Virus record (IMG/VR): IMGVR_UViG_3300001765_000076
Coordinates: 1-64,000 of that record
Strand: one strand, 5' to 3'
Source: a virus
Lineage: Duplodnaviria; Caudoviricetes
Length of the DNA: 64,000 nt
Part shown: one piece after another, positions 47,169 to 56,434 of the stretch
Layout: each line of letters begins with the position of its first letter
How positions within the stretch are numbered: the first letter of the stretch is position 1
The notes under the pieces: model-generated
What the model saw: the letters and a program-made list of their open reading frames with translations, nothing else
Told to the model about the DNA's origin: nothing
Databases searched by the model: none
Translations under genes and position numbers: made by a program

Positions 47169-50100
47169 TTAACTTTCAACTTCTTCCTCAACATATCCCA
47201 TAAAGTTACCAGTGTATGTAAACAATGGGTCATACTGCTCCTCTAGTACGCCATTAACAAACATTCCTGTATGGGTTAATGATGGCGCATACTTTCTGAA
47301 GTGACTAGCGCTACTGTAGTAAATATCATCACTGGTTTTAACATATGCTCTAATATAGTACGTTACGCCACTTAAACCAGGTATGATGGTGGTATAGTCA
47401 GTATTCCCAATACCACTATTTACTTTATCCATGTTGTAGTCTGGTAGTGGCGTTGCATTTGGGTTTGGAGCATAACACACACCTTTTTCTACTATTGTGT
47501 TTCCATTTGCTTGGATTTTATTATTACTTATTGATATTGTATCTGCACTTGCATCTGTTATGATACCCATAGTTAGTGTCGGGGGACCTTGACACAAACC
47601 TTCATTATTCAACACTTCTAAAGTCAATTCAAATTTATCTTTAACTGGTTCTGAACATGGAACAAAATATTGGTTATTAAATACATCTATTGCAGTCAGA
47701 CCTGGTTTTAACCCAAAATAAAAATAAAATGAATTTGAATATTTTGGAAATGAATACTTTATACTACCATTAAGATCGGCTGTGGTGTAATAGCTTTCAT
47801 TGATATTAGCCCAATAATCCCCGAACCTAAATTTATAATAATCATTAGATGGCAAATCACTAGGTAAATTACCCCCCTGCTTACTGACATCTGTGGCCCT
47901 TAATTTACCATCAAAACCATCTGGAAAGTTATAAGTAAAATCATATTTTAATTGTTTATACTTATCTGGTTTTGTCTTTAATCCATTACCATTCAAGGTT
48001 GAAAACATACCTCTAGCATCCCCATCTGAAATTTCATCTAGTGAAATAAAACCATCGATATTTGTTACACCAGTTACCGTTCCGTATTCGATAACAGTTT
48101 TTTCATCGAAATCAACACCTAATTCACATAATCTAGTTGCATTTATACATGTTTTCATGGTTGTTGTACTACTCATACAATCAACGCCCACAAACAACCC
48201 ATTTTCTTGATTTGCATATGAATTACCCCAATCAACACCTGACATTTCTTTTTTCGATGCCAAATCCGTTTCCAATACTGGAATTGGAACACCAACATTA
48301 TCTAATATTTCTTCTGGTTCGAAGCTGTCTGGCGGTAGTTTAAATGTTGTTGATGGTAATGATCGATGCAGTTGTGGTATCCCATCTTGATCGCAATCAA
48401 TTAAACTCCCCAATAAAATAATATTGGTTGCATTTAAATATTTAATTAAACTTGAATTTATTGAGCTATTTGGAAATTCAACCCCTCTATAATAATATAT
48501 ATCATCAAGTTCTTCCCTTTTGATTATACCATCACTTATTTTTTTAGGTGCAAACTGTATATAGCATTTTTGTTTTACTATTGATTTATTGTCCTCGCTT
48601 GTTCTGGTTGTGCAAGCTTCATTAACACCATCGTTATCTCCATCTCTATTTATAGATGGTGAACATGTTTGAAGTAAATACATATTTGGATACTTATTAA
48701 TACCATATGAACCACAGTATTTAACCTTTTTTTCACCAGTCTTACCGTTTCTTTTGGTTTTTGTTAAATATCTTGGCGCGTATAAACTGCCATTTAACCA
48801 GTCGTTTGTAAAATCAAAATTAACAACTTGTTCTTCGTTGGATAATTGAGTTTCTATACAAGATTTAATTTCATCAATATGTTGTCCGCTGCTACACCAT
48901 AATGTATTTGGGTATTCACCATCGTTTGCAGCTATAATGGAATCTTTACCAGCATATCTTTTTTTAAAAGGAACGAAATAGTCCTTATTTGAGAGTATTG
49001 AGCATTCATTACCCCCAATTTGACTACTTAAATGTATAAATCTAAATTCATTACTAAGCCTATCTCTAACTACTCCTCTAGTTGCTTCCTCAATTGCATC
49101 TATCACATCATTTACCATACCAACGATATCTATTAATAATTTAGTCAATAAACATATCAGCATAAACCTTAAATTTATATTAATCCAAATATTATTATAT
49201 GGTACTGGATTATTACCTTCATGATAGTTCACTGATTTTATTCCATTGAAATGTCTATCTATAGCTATAAATCCTTTTTGAATTCTTGGTATGTAATTTT
49301 TAACTGAGTAGACCTTATTCCACATTAAATCTGTGAATGAATTTGGTTTGCAATTGTTATTGAATTGATAGTCTTCATCTATTTGTGATGTTGGATTATT
49401 TGGTATTAAATAAACACCCGTTTTGTCTTGGGTAAATTCATCACCATTATCATTTAGAGTAACTCTGAATCTGGTTTTAGTTCTTGTTGGTATACCCTTT
49501 CCTGGTTCTGTTGCTGGTACTAAATTTCCTCGTTCATCGGTGATTACATAATCTAGGTTCATTGGTATTTGATAACACCAAACACCATCTCCATTTATAA
49601 GCGTTCCACCATTTATATCGTATCTTTCTATTTTATCCTCTAGTGTATATCTTAACATCTCTATAGTGCCCTGAGATGTCATTAATTCACTCATCTTCCC
49701 CGACGTTTTTGATGGCCTACACGTCTTACTGATCGTGCTTTTGCTTGAGTCGGTAAATATACTACCCATAAAAACACAAGTTGGTTCGAATTTATATTGA
49801 ATATCAATTGTTTTCTTTGTAATAGCAATTTCACCCTCACTTTCATCACCCCAAAATGGATAGACAAAAATACTAGTATCCTGAGTTAGTATCTGAGGTA
49901 AATTATCTAAATTATTATTTTTTTTGAATTTGTTTGGGCTATCAAACTTTTTTAGATTATAACCCTGATAAGTCATATCTCTTGGTGCTTGTGAGAGTAC
50001 TCCAATGTCTGATAAATCAATATCTACGTGAATTTGTTGCTGTCCAGTTGGTACACCGAATAGCATATAATCACCTGACTCATTGGTCACTGTGGTTAAT

Positions 50101-50537
50101 TCGTAATAAGTGTTAAATGTGTTTAATATGTGATTGTCATCTAGAACATCTCTTTTAGATGGCATAGTACCAACGTTTTGATGACATTTATTTATTTTTT
50201 GTGATGGTAGTAAATTATAGCGCACACCATCGACATTTTTATCTCTTGTAGTTTTATATGGGTATAAAATTCCTTGTTCATTTGTATTGTCTGGGGATGG
50301 ATTTTCAATAAATACAGATATTTTAGCATTTGGAATACCGAAACCATCATTTGCTAGTACCCTACCCACAACCACACCGTAGTCAGCTGTATACAATTTA
50401 TATACATCCTCCTGGTTTATTTTCAACGATAACACTTCCAAAAAATCAAAATCTTGATCTATTTTAATATTTAAACTAGTTTCCGTTTTGTTGTTTTGGT
50501 CGTATTTTATACGATATGATTTATTGTTTTCTTGCAT
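47169..50537 (-). CDS. large baseplate/tail structural protein with C-terminal Fn3-like repeat
   Basis: 1122 aa; GVVVGRV-x-ANDGFGIPNAKISVF carboxypeptidase-regulatory-like start. Confidence 0.6.
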   Translation of the reverse strand: MQENNKSYRIKYDQNNKTETSLNIKIDQDFDFLEVLSLKINQEDVYKLYTADYGVVVGRVLANDGFGIPNAKISVFIENPSPDNTNEQGILYPYKTTRDKNVDGVRYNLLPSQKINKCHQNVGTMPSKRDVLDDNHILNTFNTYYELTTVTNESGDYMLFGVPTGQQQIHVDIDLSDIGVLSQAPRDMTYQGYNLKKFDSPNKFKKNNNLDNLPQILTQDTSIFVYPFWGDESEGEIAITKKTIDIQYKFEPTCVFMGSIFTDSSKSTISKTCRPSKTSGKMSELMTSQGTIEMLRYTLEDKIERYDINGGTLINGDGVWCYQIPMNLDYVITDERGNLVPATEPGKGIPTRTKTRFRVTLNDNGDEFTQDKTGVYLIPNNPTSQIDEDYQFNNNCKPNSFTDLMWNKVYSVKNYIPRIQKGFIAIDRHFNGIKSVNYHEGNNPVPYNNIWININLRFMLICLLTKLLIDIVGMVNDVIDAIEEATRGVVRDRLSNEFRFIHLSSQIGGNECSILSNKDYFVPFKKRYAGKDSIIAANDGEYPNTLWCSSGQHIDEIKSCIETQLSNEEQVVNFDFTNDWLNGSLYAPRYLTKTKRNGKTGEKKVKYCGSYGINKYPNMYLLQTCSPSINRDGDNDGVNEACTTRTSEDNKSIVKQKCYIQFAPKKISDGIIKREELDDIYYYRGVEFPNSSINSSLIKYLNATNIILLGSLIDCDQDGIPQLHRSLPSTTFKLPPDSFEPEEILDNVGVPIPVLETDLASKKEMSGVDWGNSYANQENGLFVGVDCMSSTTTMKTCINATRLCELGVDFDEKTVIEYGTVTGVTNIDGFISLDEISDGDARGMFSTLNGNGLKTKPDKYKQLKYDFTYNFPDGFDGKLRATDVSKQGGNLPSDLPSNDYYKFRFGDYWANINESYYTTADLNGSIKYSFPKYSNSFYFYFGLKPGLTAIDVFNNQYFVPCSEPVKDKFELTLEVLNNEGLCQGPPTLTMGIITDASADTISISNNKIQANGNTIVEKGVCYAPNPNATPLPDYNMDKVNSGIGNTDYTTIIPGLSGVTYYIRAYVKTSDDIYYSSASHFRKYAPSLTHTGMFVNGVLEEQYDPLFTYTGNFMGYVEEEVES

Positions 50538-50819
50538 TTATTTTTTCTCCCCCCAGCTTAATAATTTACTTAAATCTATTTTAATTTGTTTTTTTGAAAT
50601 AGCCCTGAATAATAAAAATGGTAAAATTACTATAGCAACCATAAATGTTAAAATTGCATATATTAAATATTTTAAAGTTTTATATAATATCTTATTTAGT
50701 CTTTTATTTTTGTTTGCATAACCCTGTGATTTTGATTTATTTATGTCCTCTATCTTAGTTACTAGATTATCGGCGTTTTGTTTCGCTTTACAGTTACATG
50801 GTTTCTTTTCTAATCCCAT
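50538..50819 (-). CDS. small membrane protein with CNCK motif
   Basis: 93 aa, one TM. Confidence 0.6.
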   Translation of the reverse strand: MGLEKKPCNCKAKQNADNLVTKIEDINKSKSQGYANKNKRLNKILYKTLKYLIYAILTFMVAIVILPFLLFRAISKKQIKIDLSKLLSWGEKK

Positions 50820-50822
50820 AAC

Positions 50823-52790
50823 TTATTTTGTTTTAATATTGATAACTATATCTTTTTTTACATTTTTAATTTCAAACATCGTTTCATCGTCTGAGTATAG
50901 TACACCATCACTAGCAGTTAAATCAACTTGAAACATGTTTGTTAAAGATAAACCACTGACTATTGGTTGAATAATTTGATTTGATGAATAACCATTTCCG
51001 TAAACGTTATAAACTCTAAAATCAACTAGGTTTTTAACGCCACTAATAGCACCAATGTCGGATTTCATTTTACTAACATAAATCTCATCACCCATTTTGT
51101 GATTGTTTATATCCATATAATCACCGATATACAATAATATTGATTTAGCCACATCTTGTCTAGTTTTATCATCTAATACCGTTATGTCAACCTCAAACCT
51201 TAAATTCACTATTCGACCAGGTTGTATTTCTACGTAGTCGTTTATCGATCGATATTCTCCTAGATAAGTAATTATGTTGTTGATGAGAGCTTCACTTAAG
51301 TTAGACGAAAGGCTACCATCTGGAGCTAACCCTAACATGGTAATCAAAACCTTGTTATTTCTTTCTGCCGTACCAACTTTAATTGGAGCACCAAAATCGG
51401 AGTTCATAGTCATTACCCTATTGTAATAATCTTTCACTGTAACACACCTATCTTGAGATGAGTTATTATATTTTATTAGGGTTCTTATTTCATCGTTTGT
51501 TAATTCATCTCTACCAGAAACTGCTGGGGTTGTATTTGTTACTGATAAAGAGTTTTTTACTTGTGATTTTATACTGTCACTTACACCGTTTATCGTTGGA
51601 TTTACATAAGATATACTAGTCATCGTGTTCAAAGCTATATTTGACTCTGAGCCACCACCAGCAGTGTAGTAGATATAAATAGTTGAGCCAGCTGGAGGTA
51701 ATTCACCTAAAAATTTATTATTTATAATCTTACTCATTTGATATTGATTGAAATCAGTAGCGTTAGAAATGGCATTTGCATTGGTTTCTAGTTCATTAAC
51801 CCCAGCCCCAAAAATAACCTTCATATATCCTTTATCCGTATATTCAGTTATAAATTTTTTACTAACTGTTTCCCATTTAGCGATGCTTGGAATATAGCCA
51901 TAAACGGTTGACCCACTAACACCACCAGTATAGGTATTACCATAATAAGTAGCCCCAGTTATAGCCGTACCAGCAGATATGTCTTGCATTACTTTATCTC
52001 TAAAACTATTACTTTGAGCTATGTCCTGTATAAATAATTTATCTTCTGTTAAATTGTTAACCTCATACCATCTAGTACTAGTCGTAGAACCAGTACCCAT
52101 AAAATCTGAAATAGGTGGTGTAACTTGACTAGCGCCGTTTACTACCAAAATAGACTCGATATTAATTATATTTTGATCTGGTAATATTATTTCCATAAAT
52201 GGTTGTACGTCAGACGAATTAATAGTTTGCTTATATATCTTACTAACACCATTGGTCATCAACGACATTTTAGACACGTTATACCCAGTTAGATCACCAT
52301 TTAAAAAAACTGGTGTTATGGTTCTATCTGAAACTCCAGCTGAATTGAATTGTTGAGAAAAATCTAAATCCGTTTGTAATTCGAATTTCTGTCCTCCACC
52401 AGTAGCTTGTGTTCCTTTTGGTAATATAGGTGCATATGAGTCATCTTGTGTGTGTCTACCGCCTGTTGTGTATACGGGTAACCAACATGTCCATTTGGCT
52501 TCTAACATCGATGGTCGCTTTCCAGATACCCTTAAGCCATTGCTTCTAGCCATAGATAATAATGACTTTCTTTCTTGTGCATAATCCAATTGGGTTTCCT
52601 GAAACATCTTATCCGTGTGGTAACCTAAATCATCCGCAACAGCAGCATTTAAATCAATGAAAAAAGACCCAATAGCCGCATCTTGAAAGTCATTGATAAT
52701 ATCTGGATAATATTTTTCAATAAAACGTCTTAATTCCTCTTTGTAATCATCAAAGTTTCTTGCGTTGTAATTAATTGATTTAGTTGCCAT
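50823..52790 (-). CDS. baseplate wedge protein (T4 gp6-like)
   Basis: INYNARNF..YK..L...FQET-x-LDYAQER-x-SL...GRDE...QDRCVTVKDY; adjacent to gp25. Confidence 0.8.
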   Translation of the reverse strand: MATKSINYNARNFDDYKEELRRFIEKYYPDIINDFQDAAIGSFFIDLNAAVADDLGYHTDKMFQETQLDYAQERKSLLSMARSNGLRVSGKRPSMLEAKWTCWLPVYTTGGRHTQDDSYAPILPKGTQATGGGQKFELQTDLDFSQQFNSAGVSDRTITPVFLNGDLTGYNVSKMSLMTNGVSKIYKQTINSSDVQPFMEIILPDQNIINIESILVVNGASQVTPPISDFMGTGSTTSTRWYEVNNLTEDKLFIQDIAQSNSFRDKVMQDISAGTAITGATYYGNTYTGGVSGSTVYGYIPSIAKWETVSKKFITEYTDKGYMKVIFGAGVNELETNANAISNATDFNQYQMSKIINNKFLGELPPAGSTIYIYYTAGGGSESNIALNTMTSISYVNPTINGVSDSIKSQVKNSLSVTNTTPAVSGRDELTNDEIRTLIKYNNSSQDRCVTVKDYYNRVMTMNSDFGAPIKVGTAERNNKVLITMLGLAPDGSLSSNLSEALINNIITYLGEYRSINDYVEIQPGRIVNLRFEVDITVLDDKTRQDVAKSILLYIGDYMDINNHKMGDEIYVSKMKSDIGAISGVKNLVDFRVYNVYGNGYSSNQIIQPIVSGLSLTNMFQVDLTASDGVLYSDDETMFEIKNVKKDIVINIKTK

Positions 52791-52797
52791 ATATGTC

Positions 52798-53190
52798 TTA
52801 TAAACTGGTTGTTATTGTATCACTTGTAATAAAAGCACCCTCATCAATATCATAACTGATTTCGACGTTGGCTGTATAATTGTCTATATCACTGTCATTT
52901 ACATTTAATTTGGTGATAGTAACATTTGGCATAAATTTCTTGATTGACTCCTGTAATTCTATTTTGATGTCTGTCAGTGTTTTATCGTCTTTCGGTTCAA
53001 AAATAAATCGTATTAAATTAGTCCCAAAATTAGGCATTCTCAATCTCTGTCCTTTTGGGGTAAAAATAAGGTGCATGATGTCCGATTTAATCTCTTTATA
53101 TGGATCGTAATCTATATCCACAAAAAAATTAGTATCATCCATTGCTGTAAATGGAAACCTAACACCCAAATATTTTCTTTTTAAAGCCAT
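52798..53190 (-). CDS. baseplate wedge/sheath initiator (gp25-like)
   Basis: LIFTPKGQRLRMPNFGTNL-x2-FIFEP. Confidence 0.88.
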   Translation of the reverse strand: MALKRKYLGVRFPFTAMDDTNFFVDIDYDPYKEIKSDIMHLIFTPKGQRLRMPNFGTNLIRFIFEPKDDKTLTDIKIELQESIKKFMPNVTITKLNVNDSDIDNYTANVEISYDIDEGAFITSDTITTSL

Positions 53191-53209
53191 TATAATTATA
53201 CTTCTTCGT

Positions 53210-53218
53210 TATAAATAT
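53210..53218 (-). promoter_or_regulatory. putative late-promoter motif ATATTTATA heading the baseplate operon
   Basis: 19 nt before ATG 53190. Confidence 0.65.
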
Positions 53219-53298
53219 ATTATAATATTTTTTTTGTCTTACTAAAAGGTAAATAAAAAAACCCAGTCATATTTCTACATCTGGGGTTATTGTTTTTT

Positions 53299-53775
53299 TT
53301 ATTTCTTAATCATTTTCTCACTGATATATATCAAATCAATTGTTTTGACTAAAGTCATTAAGTCTAATCTATCTTTTCTACTATATAACTTATATAATTC
53401 AGGACTATCACATTTTTCTTTATTTTTACACTTATCAGATATAAAGTTTTGTAATTCTAATTTTGAAACTACAACGAAATAATCATCTGTTTCAAAAGCA
53501 AAATAATCAGTGTCTCCATACAACCAACCTAATTTGCCTTGTACGTTACGTAACTCAACGTAGTGGATATTTTCATTTTCTTTCTCGTCATTTCTCCTAA
53601 TCTTCTTTAGTGCTTTGACATCGAACTTAGTTTCAATTTTTAAATCCCAATGTTGGTTTATATCTTCTGATTGTGTTGCTGGTACTATTTTACCTAACTC
53701 TGAAATTAATTCACCAAATTTTGTTTCCTGTGCTTGAAATTTTTTGTAATTATCGTAGTGGTTCATTTCGTACAT
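53299..53775 (-). CDS. putative PD-(D/E)xK nuclease-fold protein
   Basis: HWD...FDVKA...VEL-x-NV-x-GKLGWLYG. Confidence 0.5.
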   Translation of the reverse strand: MYEMNHYDNYKKFQAQETKFGELISELGKIVPATQSEDINQHWDLKIETKFDVKALKKIRRNDEKENENIHYVELRNVQGKLGWLYGDTDYFAFETDDYFVVVSKLELQNFISDKCKNKEKCDSPELYKLYSRKDRLDLMTLVKTIDLIYISEKMIKK

Positions 53776-54518
53776 TCGTAAATTGTAATTAATTCATTTC
53801 CTTTTAATTTGTTGATAAAACTATCATAATAGTTTATAATCCACTCAGCATAATCTTCACCTTCCATATCGTACCACTCGCCATTGAATACAACCGCATT
53901 AGTAAAGAAACTTGAATTGTATTTAACATAATCACCCTTCGTTTTAAAATTATCAAATAGATGCATGTGAGGTTTCATATTGTTAAATATATTGATATCA
54001 GTAGCGGTTTCCTGTTTAACCTTATCTACACATATCTCCCACGCTCTAGTATAAGTTTTAACTATTTCGCTATTTAAATGTAGCTTAGACCAATTTATAT
54101 TATTTTTATTATCTGAAAAGCTAGTTTTACCATTTAAATCAACTAACATCTCTGAATAGCTCTTACCACCCTTTTCACAGGTTAACCACCTACCATTTGG
54201 ATTTTCATTAGTAATAATATTTTTATTTATATCGAATGAGTGTAATTCACCCAATGACATATAATATTGTTCGTCGCTCATCTCCTTAAGCTCTTTCATC
54301 TTGTCAATGGCGACGTTCCTTATCTTTTCATCATCTATGTTCTTAATAAAAGCCTTATAAGCATCTATCTTGGTCTTTCTGAAATGATGTTTATCTTTGT
54401 AATGGTATAAGATGTATGGCTCTGGTAACTCCAACATATCATCGAATTTGCCCATAATATCATCTGGATTTTCACCTACTACCAATACACAAAATTTTTC
54501 TATTTGGCTATTTGTCAT
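53763..54518 (-). CDS. hypothetical protein
   Basis: 251-aa ORF. Confidence 0.7.
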   Translation of the reverse strand: MTNSQIEKFCVLVVGENPDDIMGKFDDMLELPEPYILYHYKDKHHFRKTKIDAYKAFIKNIDDEKIRNVAIDKMKELKEMSDEQYYMSLGELHSFDINKNIITNENPNGRWLTCEKGGKSYSEMLVDLNGKTSFSDNKNNINWSKLHLNSEIVKTYTRAWEICVDKVKQETATDINIFNNMKPHMHLFDNFKTKGDYVKYNSSFFTNAVVFNGEWYDMEGEDYAEWIINYYDSFINKLKGNELITIYECTK

Positions 54519-54521
54519 CTG

Positions 54522-54992
54522 TTATTTTATTAAATCATCAAAATTATCGTTAACTATATCAATAAATTCAGGATCGATATCTACTGAGGATATACTACAT
54601 AAAGCGTTTTCAATTTCTTTTTCTTTCATTTGCCGTTCTACTAATAGTTTAGCTTTAATTTCTCGCTCTTCAATTATTCTCTTTTTTTCCGTATTTAATA
54701 AGCCTAAATCGTAGTTTTCTAGTCTAGTAGTTTTATACCTTGGAACACCCTTATCTTTTACGGCAATGTATTTATATAGTGCTTTTCCTTGACTGCTTGA
54801 GTTTTTCCATAAAACATAATCATTTATGTGAATTTTTTCATAAAAATATGAACGCCCATCATCGAAAACTACTGTTAGATCTTTTAAATCATCTAGTTTA
54901 TCATCACAAATCGAATAAAACACATTGCTGGAGTCATACCAACACCTATCTTTCCTTGTTTCTTCGTTATACTCGCTTAATATAATACTCAT
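54522..54992 (-). CDS. KTSC-like domain protein
   Basis: DSSNV...LTVVFDDGRSYFY...SSSQGKALYKYI. Confidence 0.6.
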   Translation of the reverse strand: MSIILSEYNEETRKDRCWYDSSNVFYSICDDKLDDLKDLTVVFDDGRSYFYEKIHINDYVLWKNSSSQGKALYKYIAVKDKGVPRYKTTRLENYDLGLLNTEKKRIIEEREIKAKLLVERQMKEKEIENALCSISSVDIDPEFIDIVNDNFDDLIK

Positions 54993-55858
54993 TTTGTCGT
55001 ATATATAAAATTAATTTTTGCTTTTACTGTTTTAACTATTTTATCTTCTGGCTTCTCAATATAACCTAAACCAATTTCGTATTTAATTTTTTCTTCATCG
55101 TAGTTATATGCTTTACACATTTTCTTAAACCATTCATTTGTTGGTAGGTAACCTAATTTTAAGGCTAATTCATAACCTCTTGGGTCGATTGTGGTGATTT
55201 TTACACCATCGGCTGTACACCCTAAATCTTTATTATATCGAGGATCTTCAAACCAAAATATTTCAATTCTACCAACCATTTTATCATCGCTATCAAGAAA
55301 ATCTGAATCTTTAAAAACATCATAGTCGTTAGTGTTTGTCGACGAAAAAATGACTTTTGCGTTTTTCGATAAAAATCTATCTAAAGTATCTTGATTGAAA
55401 TAATTAATATCAACCCACGCTGAGTTGTCAATAATTAAATGCGTCACTTTATCTAAATCAAACCCTCTAAAAGCATTTTCACTTTTTGAATTAAAATAAT
55501 TAATTTTTGAACCTAAATTTGTTTCTAATTGGTTAATAGTGTTTTTAATAAAATCAAAATCTTTACCTTTTATCTCAACTGGAATTTGATTAATAAACTC
55601 TTTTACCTTTGACATAAACATGGTTCTAAGTTCTGAATTTGCATTGAATGAAATGATGTTTGTTTTAGGGTTTAAAACCATCTCAGCCGCCACGTAAGCG
55701 CATTCTAGTGACGTAACCCCAGCTTATCTATATTGTTTGATTTTTGTATTATTATAACCAACAATTTTCCATAAGATATCTTTCTGATGGTCAAATAAGG
55801 TAAATGGAATAACTTTGTTTTCGGTCGGACTATAAATAGATAGATATTTTTCAATCAT
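54989..55858 (-). pseudogene. degenerate large-terminase ATPase-domain paralogue with in-frame TAA at 55724-55726
   Basis: MIEKYLSI...PFTLFDHQ...KQYR*AGVTS (Walker A K-x-RQ-x-G-x-T), AFRG, LIIDN (Walker B with E replaced by N), FSST, WFEDPRY; no nuclease domain. Confidence 0.7.
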
Positions 55859-55871
55859 ATAAATTCTAGTT

Positions 55872-56315
55872 TCATCCTCTAAACATTTTTTGTTTCTCCA
55901 GTTTCCAATTAATTATGTCTTCAAATGTAAATAACACACCACTTTCCATATCGGTTTTAATCAATTTTTTACCTTCTGGAACATTAATTTCAACTAATTG
56001 GGTTGATTGTTTTGTTAGCTCTGTATCTTCAAAGGAGTCGTATGTAAATCTAACACTGAATGTATCAGATATTTCTCCGTTGTAATTTACACTTATAGGT
56101 TGACAACTATGATAAATTCCACTACCGCATTTACTATATTGTTTTACATCTTTAGTAGATCCAAATTTATTATCCAACGTTTTATAAAGCCACTCTATAA
56201 AATAAGATGAATCTTTATTATCTATTTCAATAGTAAATTTTCCACCAAATTTATGTTTTGATGCACCTGAAGCTACATTAAACTCTTTACCGTTTATATT
56301 TATTATGTTTTTCAT
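55872..56315 (-). CDS. hypothetical protein
   Basis: ATG 56315 lies downstream of the promoter. Confidence 0.6.
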   Translation of the reverse strand: MKNIININGKEFNVASGASKHKFGGKFTIEIDNKDSSYFIEWLYKTLDNKFGSTKDVKQYSKCGSGIYHSCQPISVNYNGEISDTFSVRFTYDSFEDTELTKQSTQLVEINVPEGKKLIKTDMESGVLFTFEDIINWKLEKQKMFRG

Positions 56316-56335
56316 TTTTATTATTTTATTTATCT

Positions 56336-56367
56336 CAAATGTACGAAAAATAATTGAGAAAACCAAA
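56336..56367 (-). promoter_or_regulatory. Bacteroidetes sigma-type promoter
   Basis: minus strand TTTGGTTTTCTCAATTATTTTTCGTACATTTG, identical to 15044-15075. Confidence 0.8.
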
Positions 56368-56434
56368 TGAAATTTAAAAAAGTTTTTGGTTGAAAGAGCT
56401 AAATTAATAGACTTCCAACCAAAAACTTGAGTTA

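Noticed and set aside
33523-47580. Repeated Fn3-like DNA considered as a DGR template/variable repeat pair
   Set aside because: The copies differ at all base types rather than only at adenines, and no reverse transcriptase is present in the window.
2526-55726. Two in-frame TAA codons in recognisable genes (integrase and terminase-like), hinting at stop-codon reassignment
   Set aside because: TAA is the main terminator of dozens of intact genes here, and essential genes read through fully in the standard code. Independent nonsense mutations or errors explain it better.
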